Of a DNA stretch of 64,000 nt, positions 46,532-54,463 are shown one piece after another. The notes beneath the pieces were generated by a model. That model was not told the origin of the DNA and did no database searches. It was given only the letters and a program-made list of their open reading frames with translations. The stretch covers positions 727,474 to 791,473 of the forward strand of contig CBDCNH010000013.1 in the NCBI GenBank assembly GCA_965219015.1, read 5' to 3'. The position numbers and the translations under genes are program-made. This DNA is from Paracoccaceae bacterium. GTDB taxonomy: Bacteria; Pseudomonadota; Alphaproteobacteria; Rhodobacterales; Rhodobacteraceae. Each line of letters begins with the position of its first letter. Positions within the stretch are counted from its first letter, which is position 1.

Positions 46532-49372
46532 CTACTCGGCGGCGGGCAGGATGCGCCGGGCGCGCTCGCCCTCGGCCACGTAGGCGGCCTGCGCGTCCGT
46601 CGGCCCGTTCGACGCCGCGACCTCGACCGCCGTGACCTTGTACTCGGGGCAGTTCGTCGCCCAGTCCGAGCCGTCGGCGGTCACGACGTTGGCCTGCGTG
46701 CCGGGGTGGTGGAACGTCGTGTAGACCACGCCCGGCGCCACCCGGTCCGTCACCCTGGCGCGCAGGCTCGTGGACCCCGCCCGCGAGGCCACGCGCACCC
46801 AGTCGCCGCTCGCGAGCCCGCGCGCCTCGGCGTCCGCGGGATGGATCTCGAGCACGTCCTCCGCGTGCCACGCGACGTTGGCCGTCCGCCGCGTCTGCGC
46901 GCCGACGTTGTACTGCGTCAGGATGCGGCCCGTCGTGAGGAGAAGCGGGAAGCGCGGCCCGGCGCGCTCATCGGTCGCGACGTACTCCGTCACCACGAAC
47001 TTGCCGCGCCCGCGCACGAAGCCGTCGACGTGCATCACCGGGGTGCCGAGGGGGGCGGCCGCGTTGCACGGCCACTGCACCGAGCCCGCGCGGTCGAGAA
47101 GCGCGTAGCTCACGCCCGCGAACGAGGGCGTCGTCGCCGCGATCTCGTCCATGACCTCGGACGGATGCGCGTAATCCCAGCCCATCCCCATCGCGCGGCC
47201 GAGCGCGAGGGTGATCTCCCAGTCCGCCATCCCGCTCCGGGGCGCCATCACCCGGCGCACGCGGTTGATCCGCCGCTCGGCGTTGGTGAAGGTGCCGTCC
47301 TTCTCGAGGAACGTCGAGCCCGGCAGGAACACGTGCGCGAGCCGCGCGGTCTCGTTGAGGAAGAGATCCTGCACCACCACGAGGTCCATCGCGCCGAGCC
47401 CCGCCGCGACATGCGCCATGTCGGGGTCGGACTGCAGGATGTCCTCGCCCTGGATGTAGAGCCCGCGGAAGCGCCCCGCGACGGCGGCGTCGAGCATCGA
47501 CGGGATGCGGAGCCCCGGCTCGTCCGAGAGCGCCACGCCCCACAGGCGCTCAAACGTCTCCCGCGCCGCGTCGTCGGTGACATGGCGGTAGCCCGGCAGC
47601 TCGTGCGGGAACGAGCCCATGTCGCAGGCGCCCTGCACGTTGTTCTGGCCACGGAGCGGGTTCACCCCGGTGCCGGGCCGGCCGATGTTGCCCGTGAGCA
47701 TCGCGAGGTTGGCGATGGCCATCACCGTCGTCGAGCCCTGCGCGTGCTCGGTGACGCCGAGCCCGTAGTAGATCGCGCCGTTCGGGGCGGCGGCGAAGAG
47801 CCGGGCGGCGGCGCGCAGGTCGGGCGCCGGCACGCCCGTCGCGGCCTCGACGGCCTCGGGAGCGTGCCGCGCCTCGGCGACGAAGGCCGCGTAGTCGGCG
47901 TATTCGGAGGCGTCGCAGCGCGCGGCGATGAAGGCGGCGTCGGCGAGCCCCTCGGTCACGATGACATGCGCCATCGCCGTCAGCACGGCGACGTTGGTGC
48001 CGGGGCGCAGCGCCAGATGGTGCGCGGCGCGGACGTGCGGGCTCCGTACGAGGTCGATCCGGCGCGGGTCGATGACGATGGCCTCGGCCCCCGCCCGGAG
48101 CCGCCGCTTCAGCCGCGAGGCGAACACCGGATGCCCGTCGGTCGGGTTGGCGCCGATCACGATCACCACGTCGGCGGCGTCCACGCTCGCGAAGTCCTGC
48201 GTGCCCGCCGAGGTGCCGAACGTGGTCTTGAGCCCGTAGCCCGTCGGCGAGTGGCAGACGCGCGCGCAGGTGTCGACATTGTTGGTCCCGAACCCGGCGC
48301 GGACGAGCTTCTGGACGAGGTAGGTCTCCTCGTTGGTGCAGCGCGACGAGGTGATGGCGCCGATCGCGTCGCGGCCGTGCGCGGCCTGGATCGCCCGCAG
48401 CCGCGCGGCGGTGTGGGCGATGGCCTCGTCCCAGGTCACGACGCGCCAGGGGTCGGTCACGGCCTCGCGGATCATCGGGTCGAGGATGCGGTCGCCGTGC
48501 GCGGCGTAGCCCCAGGCGAAGCGGCCCTTGACGCAGGAGTGCCCGGCGTTGGCGCCGCCGGCCTTCGAGGGCACCATGCGGACCACCTCGTCGCCGCGCA
48601 TCTCGGCCCGGAACGAGCAGCCGACGCCGCAATAGGCGCAGGTCGTCTCGACGGCGCGGTCGGGCGTGCCCATCGCGATCACGGTCTTTTCGGTCAGCGT
48701 CGCGGTCGGGCAGGCCTGCACGCAGGCGCCGCAGGACACGCAGTCGCTCGCCATGAAGCTCTCGCCCGCGCCGGCCGCGACGACCGAGCCGAACCCGCGG
48801 CCCGCGATGGCGAGGGCGAAGGTGCCCTGCACCTCCTCGCAGGCCCGCACGCAGCGCGAGCAGACGATGCACTTCGACGGGTCGTAGGTGAAGTAGGGGT
48901 TGCTCGCGTCCTTCGGCAGCGCGGCCGGCGCCGAGCGCGCGGCGGGTGCGTAGCGCACCTCGCGCAGCCCCACCGCCCCGGCGGCGTCCTGCAAGTCGCA
49001 GTCGCCGTTGGCCGCACAGGTCAGGCAGTCGAGCGGATGGTCGGAGATGTAGAGCTCCATCACCCCGCGCCGGAGCGTCGCCAGCCGCGGCGTCTGGGTG
49101 CGGACGACCATGCCGGCGGCGACGGGCGTGGTGCAGGAGGCGGGCGTGCCGGCGCGGCCCTCGATCTCGACGAGGCAGAGCCGGCAGGAACCGAACGCCG
49201 CCATGTTGTCGGAGGCGCAGAGCTTCGGGATCTGCGTGCCCCCGAGCGCCGCGGCGCGCATCACGCTGGTGCCCGCGGGCACGGTCACGGGGAAGCCGTC
49301 GATCTCGAGCGTGACCGCGGGGCCTGTCGCGGCGGGCGTGCCGAGGTCGCTCGGCAGGACGAAATCCCTCAT
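46532..49372 (-). CDS. fdsA: NAD-dependent formate dehydrogenase alpha subunit (Mo-bisPGD, Fe-S)
   Basis: N-terminal 2Fe-2S (CRLCLVEIEG), 4Fe-4S ferredoxin motifs (CIVCSRCVRAC, CVSCGACVQACP), the Mo-enzyme 4Fe-4S CAYCGVGC, and the active-site region ARVCHSPT. Confidence 0.95.
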   Translation of the reverse strand: MRDFVLPSDLGTPAATGPAVTLEIDGFPVTVPAGTSVMRAAALGGTQIPKLCASDNMAAFGSCRLCLVEIEGRAGTPASCTTPVAAGMVVRTQTPRLATLRRGVMELYISDHPLDCLTCAANGDCDLQDAAGAVGLREVRYAPAARSAPAALPKDASNPYFTYDPSKCIVCSRCVRACEEVQGTFALAIAGRGFGSVVAAGAGESFMASDCVSCGACVQACPTATLTEKTVIAMGTPDRAVETTCAYCGVGCSFRAEMRGDEVVRMVPSKAGGANAGHSCVKGRFAWGYAAHGDRILDPMIREAVTDPWRVVTWDEAIAHTAARLRAIQAAHGRDAIGAITSSRCTNEETYLVQKLVRAGFGTNNVDTCARVCHSPTGYGLKTTFGTSAGTQDFASVDAADVVIVIGANPTDGHPVFASRLKRRLRAGAEAIVIDPRRIDLVRSPHVRAAHHLALRPGTNVAVLTAMAHVIVTEGLADAAFIAARCDASEYADYAAFVAEARHAPEAVEAATGVPAPDLRAAARLFAAAPNGAIYYGLGVTEHAQGSTTVMAIANLAMLTGNIGRPGTGVNPLRGQNNVQGACDMGSFPHELPGYRHVTDDAARETFERLWGVALSDEPGLRIPSMLDAAVAGRFRGLYIQGEDILQSDPDMAHVAAGLGAMDLVVVQDLFLNETARLAHVFLPGSTFLEKDGTFTNAERRINRVRRVMAPRSGMADWEITLALGRAMGMGWDYAHPSEVMDEIAATTPSFAGVSYALLDRAGSVQWPCNAAAPLGTPVMHVDGFVRGRGKFVVTEYVATDERAGPRFPLLLTTGRILTQYNVGAQTRRTANVAWHAEDVLEIHPADAEARGLASGDWVRVASRAGSTSLRARVTDRVAPGVVYTTFHHPGTQANVVTADGSDWATNCPEYKVTAVEVAASNGPTDAQAAYVAEGERARRILPAAE

Positions 49373-49385
49373 GCGCGGGCCTCCC

Positions 49386-50936
49386 TCATGCGGCGGCGAC
49401 TTCGGCGGCGGTCCGGTCGCGTGCGAAGTCCTCGGGGAAGTGCCGCACTGCGGACATCACCGGGTAGGGCGTGAAGCCGCCGAGCGCGCAGAGCGAGCCG
49501 AGGCGCATCGTCTCGCAGAGATCGGCGAGGAGGGGAAGTGCATCCGGATCGCCCGCCGCGATGCGGTCGATGGTCTCGACGCCGCGCACCGCGCCGATGC
49601 GGCAGGGCGTGCACTTGCCGCAGCTCTCGACGGCGCAGAACTCCATCGCGAAGCGCGCCTGCGCGAGCATGTCGGCGCCGTCGTCGAACACCACGATGCC
49701 CGCATGCCCGACAAGCCCGTCGGCCGCCGCGTAGTCCTCGTAGCCGAAGGGAATGTGGAACATCGACCGCGGGAAGTACGCCCCGAGCGGGCCGCCGACC
49801 TGCACCGCGCGCACCGGCCGCCCGGTGAGCGTGCCGCCCGCGATGTCGTCCACGATCTCGCCGAGCGTCAGCCCGAACGGCGCCTCGAAGAGCCCGCCGC
49901 GCGCCACGTTGCCCGCGATCTGCAACGGGATCGTGCCCCGCGACCGGCCGATCCCGTGCGCCGCGTAGGCCTCGGGGCCACCTGCCAGCACGACCGGCAC
50001 GCTCGCCAGCGTGACGACGTTGTTGACCACCGTGGGCCGCCCGAAGAGCCCCTCGAGCGCCGGCAGCGGCGGCTTCGCGCGCACCACGCCGCGGCGGCCC
50101 TCGAGGCTGTTCAGAAGGCTCGTCTCCTCGCCGCAGACGTAGGCGCCCGCGCCGACGCGAACCTCCATGTCGAAGGCGAAGTCCCGCCCGAGGACACGCG
50201 GCCCGAGCCAGCCCTCGGCGTAGGCCGCGCGGATCGCCGCCGCCATCGCGCGGATCGCGTCGGGGTATTCGGAGCGGATATAGACGTAGCCCATGCCCGC
50301 GCCGGTGGCGTGGCCCGCGATGGCCATGCCCTCGATGAGCGCGAACGGGTCGCCCTCCATCAGCATCCGGTCGGCGAAGGTGCCGCTGTCGCCCTCGTCG
50401 GCGTTGGCGACGATATACTTCCGCGCGCCCGGCGCCTCGAGGACGGTGCGCCACTTGATCCCCGTGGGGAAGCCCGCGCCGCCCCGGCCGCGCAGCCCGC
50501 TCGCCGTGACCGCCGCGACGACCGCCTCCGGCGGCATCGCGAGCGCCGCGACAAGGCCCGCCATGCCCTCGTGCGCGCGGTAGTCGGCGGGCGAGAGCGG
50601 GTCCGTCCGCCCGCAACGCGCGAAGGTGAGCCGGGTCTGGCGTGCGAGGAACGGGATCGCCTCGACGGCCCCGAGCGCCAGCGGGTGCGCCGCGGCTCCG
50701 AAGAGCGCGGCCCCGAAGAGTGTGGGCACCTCGGCGGGCGACATCGGACCGAAGCCCATCCGCACCCCGTCCGTCTCGATCTCGACGAGCGGCTCGAGCC
50801 AGGCCATACCGCGCGAGCCGTTCCGCAAGAGGTCGAGCGCCACGCCCCGCGCGTTTGCCTCGCGCGCGATGGCGCCGGCGACCGCATCCGCCCCGCAGGC
50901 ACGCGCGCTGGCGTCGGCCGGCACCCAGACCTTCAC
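49386..50936 (-). CDS. fdsB: Formate dehydrogenase beta subunit (NuoF-like, FMN/NAD-binding)
   Basis: Start at GTG 50934-50936 (VKVWVPADASA). Motifs seen: GRGGAGFPTGIKW, NADEGDSGTF and ESCGKCTPCR. The GTGA overlaps the fdsG stop. Confidence 0.9.
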   Translation of the reverse strand: MKVWVPADASARACGADAVAGAIAREANARGVALDLLRNGSRGMAWLEPLVEIETDGVRMGFGPMSPAEVPTLFGAALFGAAAHPLALGAVEAIPFLARQTRLTFARCGRTDPLSPADYRAHEGMAGLVAALAMPPEAVVAAVTASGLRGRGGAGFPTGIKWRTVLEAPGARKYIVANADEGDSGTFADRMLMEGDPFALIEGMAIAGHATGAGMGYVYIRSEYPDAIRAMAAAIRAAYAEGWLGPRVLGRDFAFDMEVRVGAGAYVCGEETSLLNSLEGRRGVVRAKPPLPALEGLFGRPTVVNNVVTLASVPVVLAGGPEAYAAHGIGRSRGTIPLQIAGNVARGGLFEAPFGLTLGEIVDDIAGGTLTGRPVRAVQVGGPLGAYFPRSMFHIPFGYEDYAAADGLVGHAGIVVFDDGADMLAQARFAMEFCAVESCGKCTPCRIGAVRGVETIDRIAAGDPDALPLLADLCETMRLGSLCALGGFTPYPVMSAVRHFPEDFARDRTAAEVAAA

Positions 50937-51436
50937 GCGCGGGCCTCCGCGACCCCTGGCGCGCGGGCCTCCGCGAGACTTGGCGCGCGGGCCTCCGCGA
51001 CGAGCGCGTCCGCATCGCGCCGGGCGAGCGGCTCGCCGTCGAGGAGCGCCGCCGGCCCGCTGGCGCAGAGCCCGAGGCAATACGCCGGCTCCAGCGTCAC
51101 CGCCCCGTCCGCGGTGGTTCCGCCCCAGCCGACGCCGAGCCGGCGCTGCACGTCCTCGGCGAGCGCGACCCCGCCCCGCGCCTGGCAGGCCTCCGCGCGG
51201 CAGAGCTTCAGCACCCGCCGTCCCGCCGGCGCCGCGCGGAAATCGTGGTAGAAGGTGACGACGCCGTGCACCTCCGCGCGCCCGAGGTTGAGCGCCTCCG
51301 CGATCACCGACACGGCCTCCGCCGGCACGTGCCCGAAGGCTGCCTGCACGTCGTGCAGGATCGGCAGCAGCGGCCCCTCGCGCCCGGCATGCGCCGCGAC
51401 GATGCGCGCGACCTCCGCGCCCGTGGTCCCCGCCAT
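50933..51436 (-). CDS. fdsG: Formate dehydrogenase gamma subunit (NuoE-like 2Fe-2S)
   Basis: Start at MAGTTGAEVARIV (ATG 51434-51436). LPILHDVQ, Cys ligands in LCRAEACQARG and CLGLCASGPA, and a repetitive AEARAP tail. Confidence 0.9.
   Translation of the reverse strand: MAGTTGAEVARIVAAHAGREGPLLPILHDVQAAFGHVPAEAVSVIAEALNLGRAEVHGVVTFYHDFRAAPAGRRVLKLCRAEACQARGGVALAEDVQRRLGVGWGGTTADGAVTLEPAYCLGLCASGPAALLDGEPLARRDADALVAEARAPSLAEARAPGVAEARA
50937..51000. repeat. 24-bp tandem repeat x3 at the fdsG 3' end / fdsB ribosome-binding region
   Basis: The core GCGCGGGCCTCCGCGA occurs at 50937, 50961 and 50985 (period 24). On the coding strand each unit reads TCGCGGAGGCCCGCGC and encodes AEARAP. Confidence 0.9.
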
Positions 51437-51488
51437 GCTCCCCCCTCGCGCCTTGTTTGCCTTCGGCGCGCACTCTATGTGCCGCATC

Positions 51489-52289
51489 ATGGCCCGCTTT
51501 CTCCCTTTTCTCAAGTCCGCCCCGACGGTGGCGGTCGTGCGGCTCGCGGGCGTCATCCAAGCGGGCGGGCGCGGCGGCGGCCTGTCGGACGCGGGCCTCG
51601 CGGGCGTCATCGAGCGCGCGTTCCGCAAGGGCAGGCCCGCCGCGGTGGCGCTCGCGGTCAACTCGCCGGGCGGCGCGCCGGTGCAGACGGCGCTGATCGC
51701 CGCGCGCATCCGGCGGCTCGCGGAGGAGAAGGGCGTGCCCGTCCATGCCTTCGTCGAGGATGTCGCCGCCTCGGGCGGCTACTGGCTCGCGACCGCCGCC
51801 GACGCGATCTGGGTGGACGAGAGCTCCGTCGTCGGCTCGATCGGAGTCATCTCCGCGGGCTTTGGCTTCCAGGGTCTGATCGAGCGCCTCGGCGTGGAGC
51901 GGCGCATCCATACCGCGGGCGGCTCGAAGAGCTTCCTCGACCCGTTCCGCCCCGAGAAGCCCGAGGATCTCGACCGGCTCCGTGCGCTGCAGGATCCGAT
52001 CCACCAGGCCTTCATCGCGCACGTGAAGGCCCGGCGCGGCGCCAAGCTCGACCCGACGCGCGAGCTCTTCACCGGCGAGATCTGGGTCGGCGCCCAGGCG
52101 GTCGCGGCGGGGCTCGTCGACGGCATCGGCCATCTCGCCCCGAAGATGAAGGCGCTCTTCGGCGACAAGGTGCGGTTCCGCGTCTACGCGCCGCGGCGGT
52201 CGCTTTTCCAGCGCGTCGGCGTGGGCGTCGTCGAGGACGTCGCGGGCGCGCTCGAGGCTCGGGCGCTCTGGGGACGGCACGGGTTTTGA
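51489..52289 (+). CDS. sppA: S49-family signal peptide peptidase (SppA, 36K type)
   Basis: Inner part of ORF 51255..52289, starting at MARFLPFLKS (alternative ATG at 51477). Motifs seen: VNSPGG, ASGGYW and SIGV. Confidence 0.85.
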   Translation: MARFLPFLKSAPTVAVVRLAGVIQAGGRGGGLSDAGLAGVIERAFRKGRPAAVALAVNSPGGAPVQTALIAARIRRLAEEKGVPVHAFVEDVAASGGYWLATAADAIWVDESSVVGSIGVISAGFGFQGLIERLGVERRIHTAGGSKSFLDPFRPEKPEDLDRLRALQDPIHQAFIAHVKARRGAKLDPTRELFTGEIWVGAQAVAAGLVDGIGHLAPKMKALFGDKVRFRVYAPRRSLFQRVGVGVVEDVAGALEARALWGRHGF

Positions 52290-52444
52290 TCGTCAAGATC
52301 GTCGTCCTTTTCCTCGTCTGCATGGTGGCGCTGGCGATGTTCGGCCGGCTCCGGCTGCCGCGCGCCGCGAAGCCGCGGCGCTGCCCCGCCTGCGGACGCC
52401 ACCGCATCGGGCGCGGCCCCTGCGCGTGCGGCGCTGGCCAATGA
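52286..52444 (+). CDS. Candidate small membrane protein with a C-terminal Cys motif (52 aa)
   Basis: The TTG at 52286 overlaps the sppA stop (TTGA). Its stop lies inside the ATGATG start of the next gene. Sequence: (M)IVKIVVLFLVCMVALAMFGRLRLPRAAKPRRCPACGRHRIGRGPCACGAGQ. It is not listed as a separate ORF in the track. Confidence 0.45.
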   Translation: MIVKIVVLFLVCMVALAMFGRLRLPRAAKPRRCPACGRHRIGRGPCACGAGQ

Positions 52445-53376
52445 TGGACCTCGCGTTCGTAGCCCTCGGTCTCGCGCTCCTCGTCGGGGGCGGCGACCAG
52501 CTGGTGCGCGGCGCTGTCAACCTCAGCCTGCGGCTCGGGCTCTCGCCGCTCGTCGTCGGCCTCACCGTCGTGGCCTTCGGCACCTCGGCGCCGGAGCTTC
52601 TCGTCTCGGTCAACGCGGTCGTCGACCACGCGCCGGGGATCGCGCTCGGCAACGTCATCGGCTCCAACATCGCCAACGTGCTCCTCGTGCTCGGCATCCC
52701 CGCCATCGTCTCGACGGTGCCCTGCCGCGAGACCGACACGCGGCGGAGCTACACGATGATGCTGGCCGCGACGGCGATCTTCATCGCTGTCGCGTTCCTC
52801 GGGCCGATTCGCTGGCCACATGCGCTCGTGCTCCTTGCGGGTCTCGCGGTGATGCTCGTCGACAGCTTCCGCAGCTCGGCGGCGGAGCCCGAACTCGAGG
52901 GCGCCGACCCGTCGATGGCCTGGGGGCGGATCCTCCTCGCGCTCGCCATCGGCCTCGTCGCCCTGCCGCTCGGCGCGCAGCTCCTCGTCAGCGGCGCCAC
53001 GGAGATCGCGCGCGCCTTCGGCGTCAGCGAGGCGGTGATCGGGCTCACGCTCGTCGCCGTCGGCACCTCGCTCCCCGAGCTGGCCGCGAGCGTCGCCGCC
53101 GCGCTCCGGCGCGAGGCGGGGATGGCGCTCGGCAACGTCATCGGCTCGAACATGTTCAACCTTCTCGGGATCATCGGCATCGCAGGTCTCGTCGGCCCGC
53201 TGCCGGTGCCGCCGGGGATGCTCGCCTTCGATCTTTGGGTGATGCTCGGGACGTCGCTGCTGATCGCGCCGTTCATCCTGCGCGGCCTCTGCATCACGCG
53301 CGTCTGGGGCGTCGCGCTCGTCGCCCTCTACGGCGCCTACGTCGCGATCCTGCTGCTCGCGAGCGCGCCGGGATGA
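52441..53376 (+). CDS. Ca2+/Na+ antiporter (CaCA/YrbG family)
   Basis: Two alpha-repeats, GTSAPEL...GNVIGSNIAN and GTSLPEL...GNVIGSNMFN. The start is taken at ATG 52441 (the track begins at GTG 52426). Confidence 0.85.
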   Translation: MMDLAFVALGLALLVGGGDQLVRGAVNLSLRLGLSPLVVGLTVVAFGTSAPELLVSVNAVVDHAPGIALGNVIGSNIANVLLVLGIPAIVSTVPCRETDTRRSYTMMLAATAIFIAVAFLGPIRWPHALVLLAGLAVMLVDSFRSSAAEPELEGADPSMAWGRILLALAIGLVALPLGAQLLVSGATEIARAFGVSEAVIGLTLVAVGTSLPELAASVAAALRREAGMALGNVIGSNMFNLLGIIGIAGLVGPLPVPPGMLAFDLWVMLGTSLLIAPFILRGLCITRVWGVALVALYGAYVAILLLASAPG

Positions 53377-54149
53377 GGGCGCTCGTCACCGGCGGCGCCA
53401 AGCGGCTCGGCCGGGCGATGGCGCTCGAGCTCGCGCGGCGAGGGCATGACGTGGCGGTGCATTTCGCGACCTCGGCCGACGCGGCGGAGGCGACGGCGGC
53501 GGAGATCCGCGCGCTCGGTCGCCATGCGGCCTGCCTGCGCGCCGACCTTCTCGATCCTCGCGCGACTGACGCTCTCGTCCCCGCCGCCGCCGCGGCGCTC
53601 GGCGGGCCCCTGACCGTGCTCGTCAACAACGCCTCCGTGTTCGAGCACGACCGGCTCGGCACGATGACGGCGGCGAGCTGGGATCGCCACATCGGCTCGA
53701 ACCTGCGCGCGCCGGTGTTTCTCACGCAGGCCTTTGCCGCCGCGGTGCCGCCCGCCGAGCCGGATGCGGGTGGCGAGCCGGTGGCGGCGGGGCTCGTCGT
53801 CAACATGCTCGACCAGCGCGTGCTCAAGCTCACGCCCGAGTTCGCGTCCTATACGCTCGCCAAGATGGGGCTCTGGGCGTTCACCCGGACGGCCGCGCAG
53901 GCACTCGCCCCTGACGTGCGCGTGAACGCGATCGGCCCCGGCCCGACGCTGCGCGGCGAACGGCAAAGCGAGGCGCATTTCGCCGCCCAGCGCGCCGCCA
54001 CGGTGCTCCGGCGCGGCGTTTCGCCGGCTGACATCGTGGCGACGCTCGGCTACTTTCTCGACGCCCGGACGGTGACGGGCCAGCTCGTCTGCCCGGACGG
54101 CGGGCAGCACCTCGGCTGGCGCACGCCGGACGTCTACGGGCTCGAGTGA
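53373..54149 (+). CDS. Short-chain dehydrogenase/reductase (pteridine-reductase-like)
   Basis: Start at MRALVTGGAKRLG (ATGA overlap with the antiporter stop). NNAS, and the catalytic YTLAK (YxxxK). Confidence 0.85.
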   Translation: MRALVTGGAKRLGRAMALELARRGHDVAVHFATSADAAEATAAEIRALGRHAACLRADLLDPRATDALVPAAAAALGGPLTVLVNNASVFEHDRLGTMTAASWDRHIGSNLRAPVFLTQAFAAAVPPAEPDAGGEPVAAGLVVNMLDQRVLKLTPEFASYTLAKMGLWAFTRTAAQALAPDVRVNAIGPGPTLRGERQSEAHFAAQRAATVLRRGVSPADIVATLGYFLDARTVTGQLVCPDGGQHLGWRTPDVYGLE

Positions 54150-54190
54150 ACCCGCCAGAGGCGAAAGGTTAACGCGATCCGAGAGTTGTC

Positions 54191-54216
54191 CACCTTGCGC
54201 CTGGAGGTGACATTTT
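54191..54216 (+). terminator. Weak intrinsic-terminator-like hairpin after the SDR gene
   Basis: CACCT-N9-AGGTG followed by ACATTTTCG. The stem is only 5 bp. Confidence 0.3.
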
Positions 54217-54345
54217 CGTTATGGATTTGTAAATGATTTCAGTAATTTGCGACCGAGGATATAAAGAATCTCGTCATTACAATGCCTTGCAGATTAGCAT
54301 AAAAATGAGGCAGACCAATGAACGCTTCTGAATCCGAACGACAAT
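54195..54345. other. AT-rich island (about 38 % G+C) in the SDR-uvrC intergenic region
   Basis: A hand count over 54211-54340 gives 49 G+C in 130 nt, while the flanking DNA is about two-thirds G+C. No convincing ORF. Confidence 0.9.
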
Positions 54346-54376
54346 TCGTCTCGCTGCCAGCGTTGCTCCCAGACTT

Positions 54377-54395
54377 GTCCACAGATTCCGTGGAC
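54377..54395. promoter_or_regulatory. Perfect inverted repeat GTCCAC-N7-GTGGAC upstream of uvrC
   Basis: Read directly from the sequence. It lies 69-87 nt before the uvrC ATG. A third GTCCAC is at 54188-54193. Confidence 0.35.
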
Positions 54396-54463
54396 CGTTT
54401 CCCTCTTGCCGCGCGACCTCGGACCGTGCAGGCGGCCCGCTCCTGATCCCGGAATCAATCCCG

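Noticed and set aside
45485-49474. A 1329-aa plus-strand ORF. Similar giants are 42462..46067 (+), 24657..27653 (+), 23767..27363 (-), 14715..17264 (+), 12862..14688 (+) and 49098..51251 (+).
   Set aside because: All lie antisense to, or out of frame with, genes carrying unambiguous catalytic motifs (fdsA, fdsB, the FtsX permease, the ABC exporters). All have extreme Arg/Ala/Gly/Pro composition.
54233-54331. A 32-codon ORF (MISVICDRGYKESRHYNALQISIKMRQTNERF) inside the AT-rich island. A 42-codon ORF at 54318-54446 was also considered.
   Set aside because: Neither has a Shine-Dalgarno. Codon usage is opposite to the genome bias, and there is no hydrophobic or otherwise recognisable peptide pattern.
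54318-54345. GAAC...GAAC near uvrC, considered as a possible LexA (SOS) box.
   Set aside because: The spacing between the two GAAC tetramers is 12 nt, not the 7 nt required for the alphaproteobacterial LexA box.
54150-54463. Considered whether the AT-rich island is the chromosomal origin (oriC).
   Set aside because: There are only two imperfect DnaA-box-like motifs, no cluster of boxes, no CtrA TTAA-N7-TTAA sites, and none of the usual origin-proximal genes. This cannot be supported without a whole-replicon GC-skew analysis.
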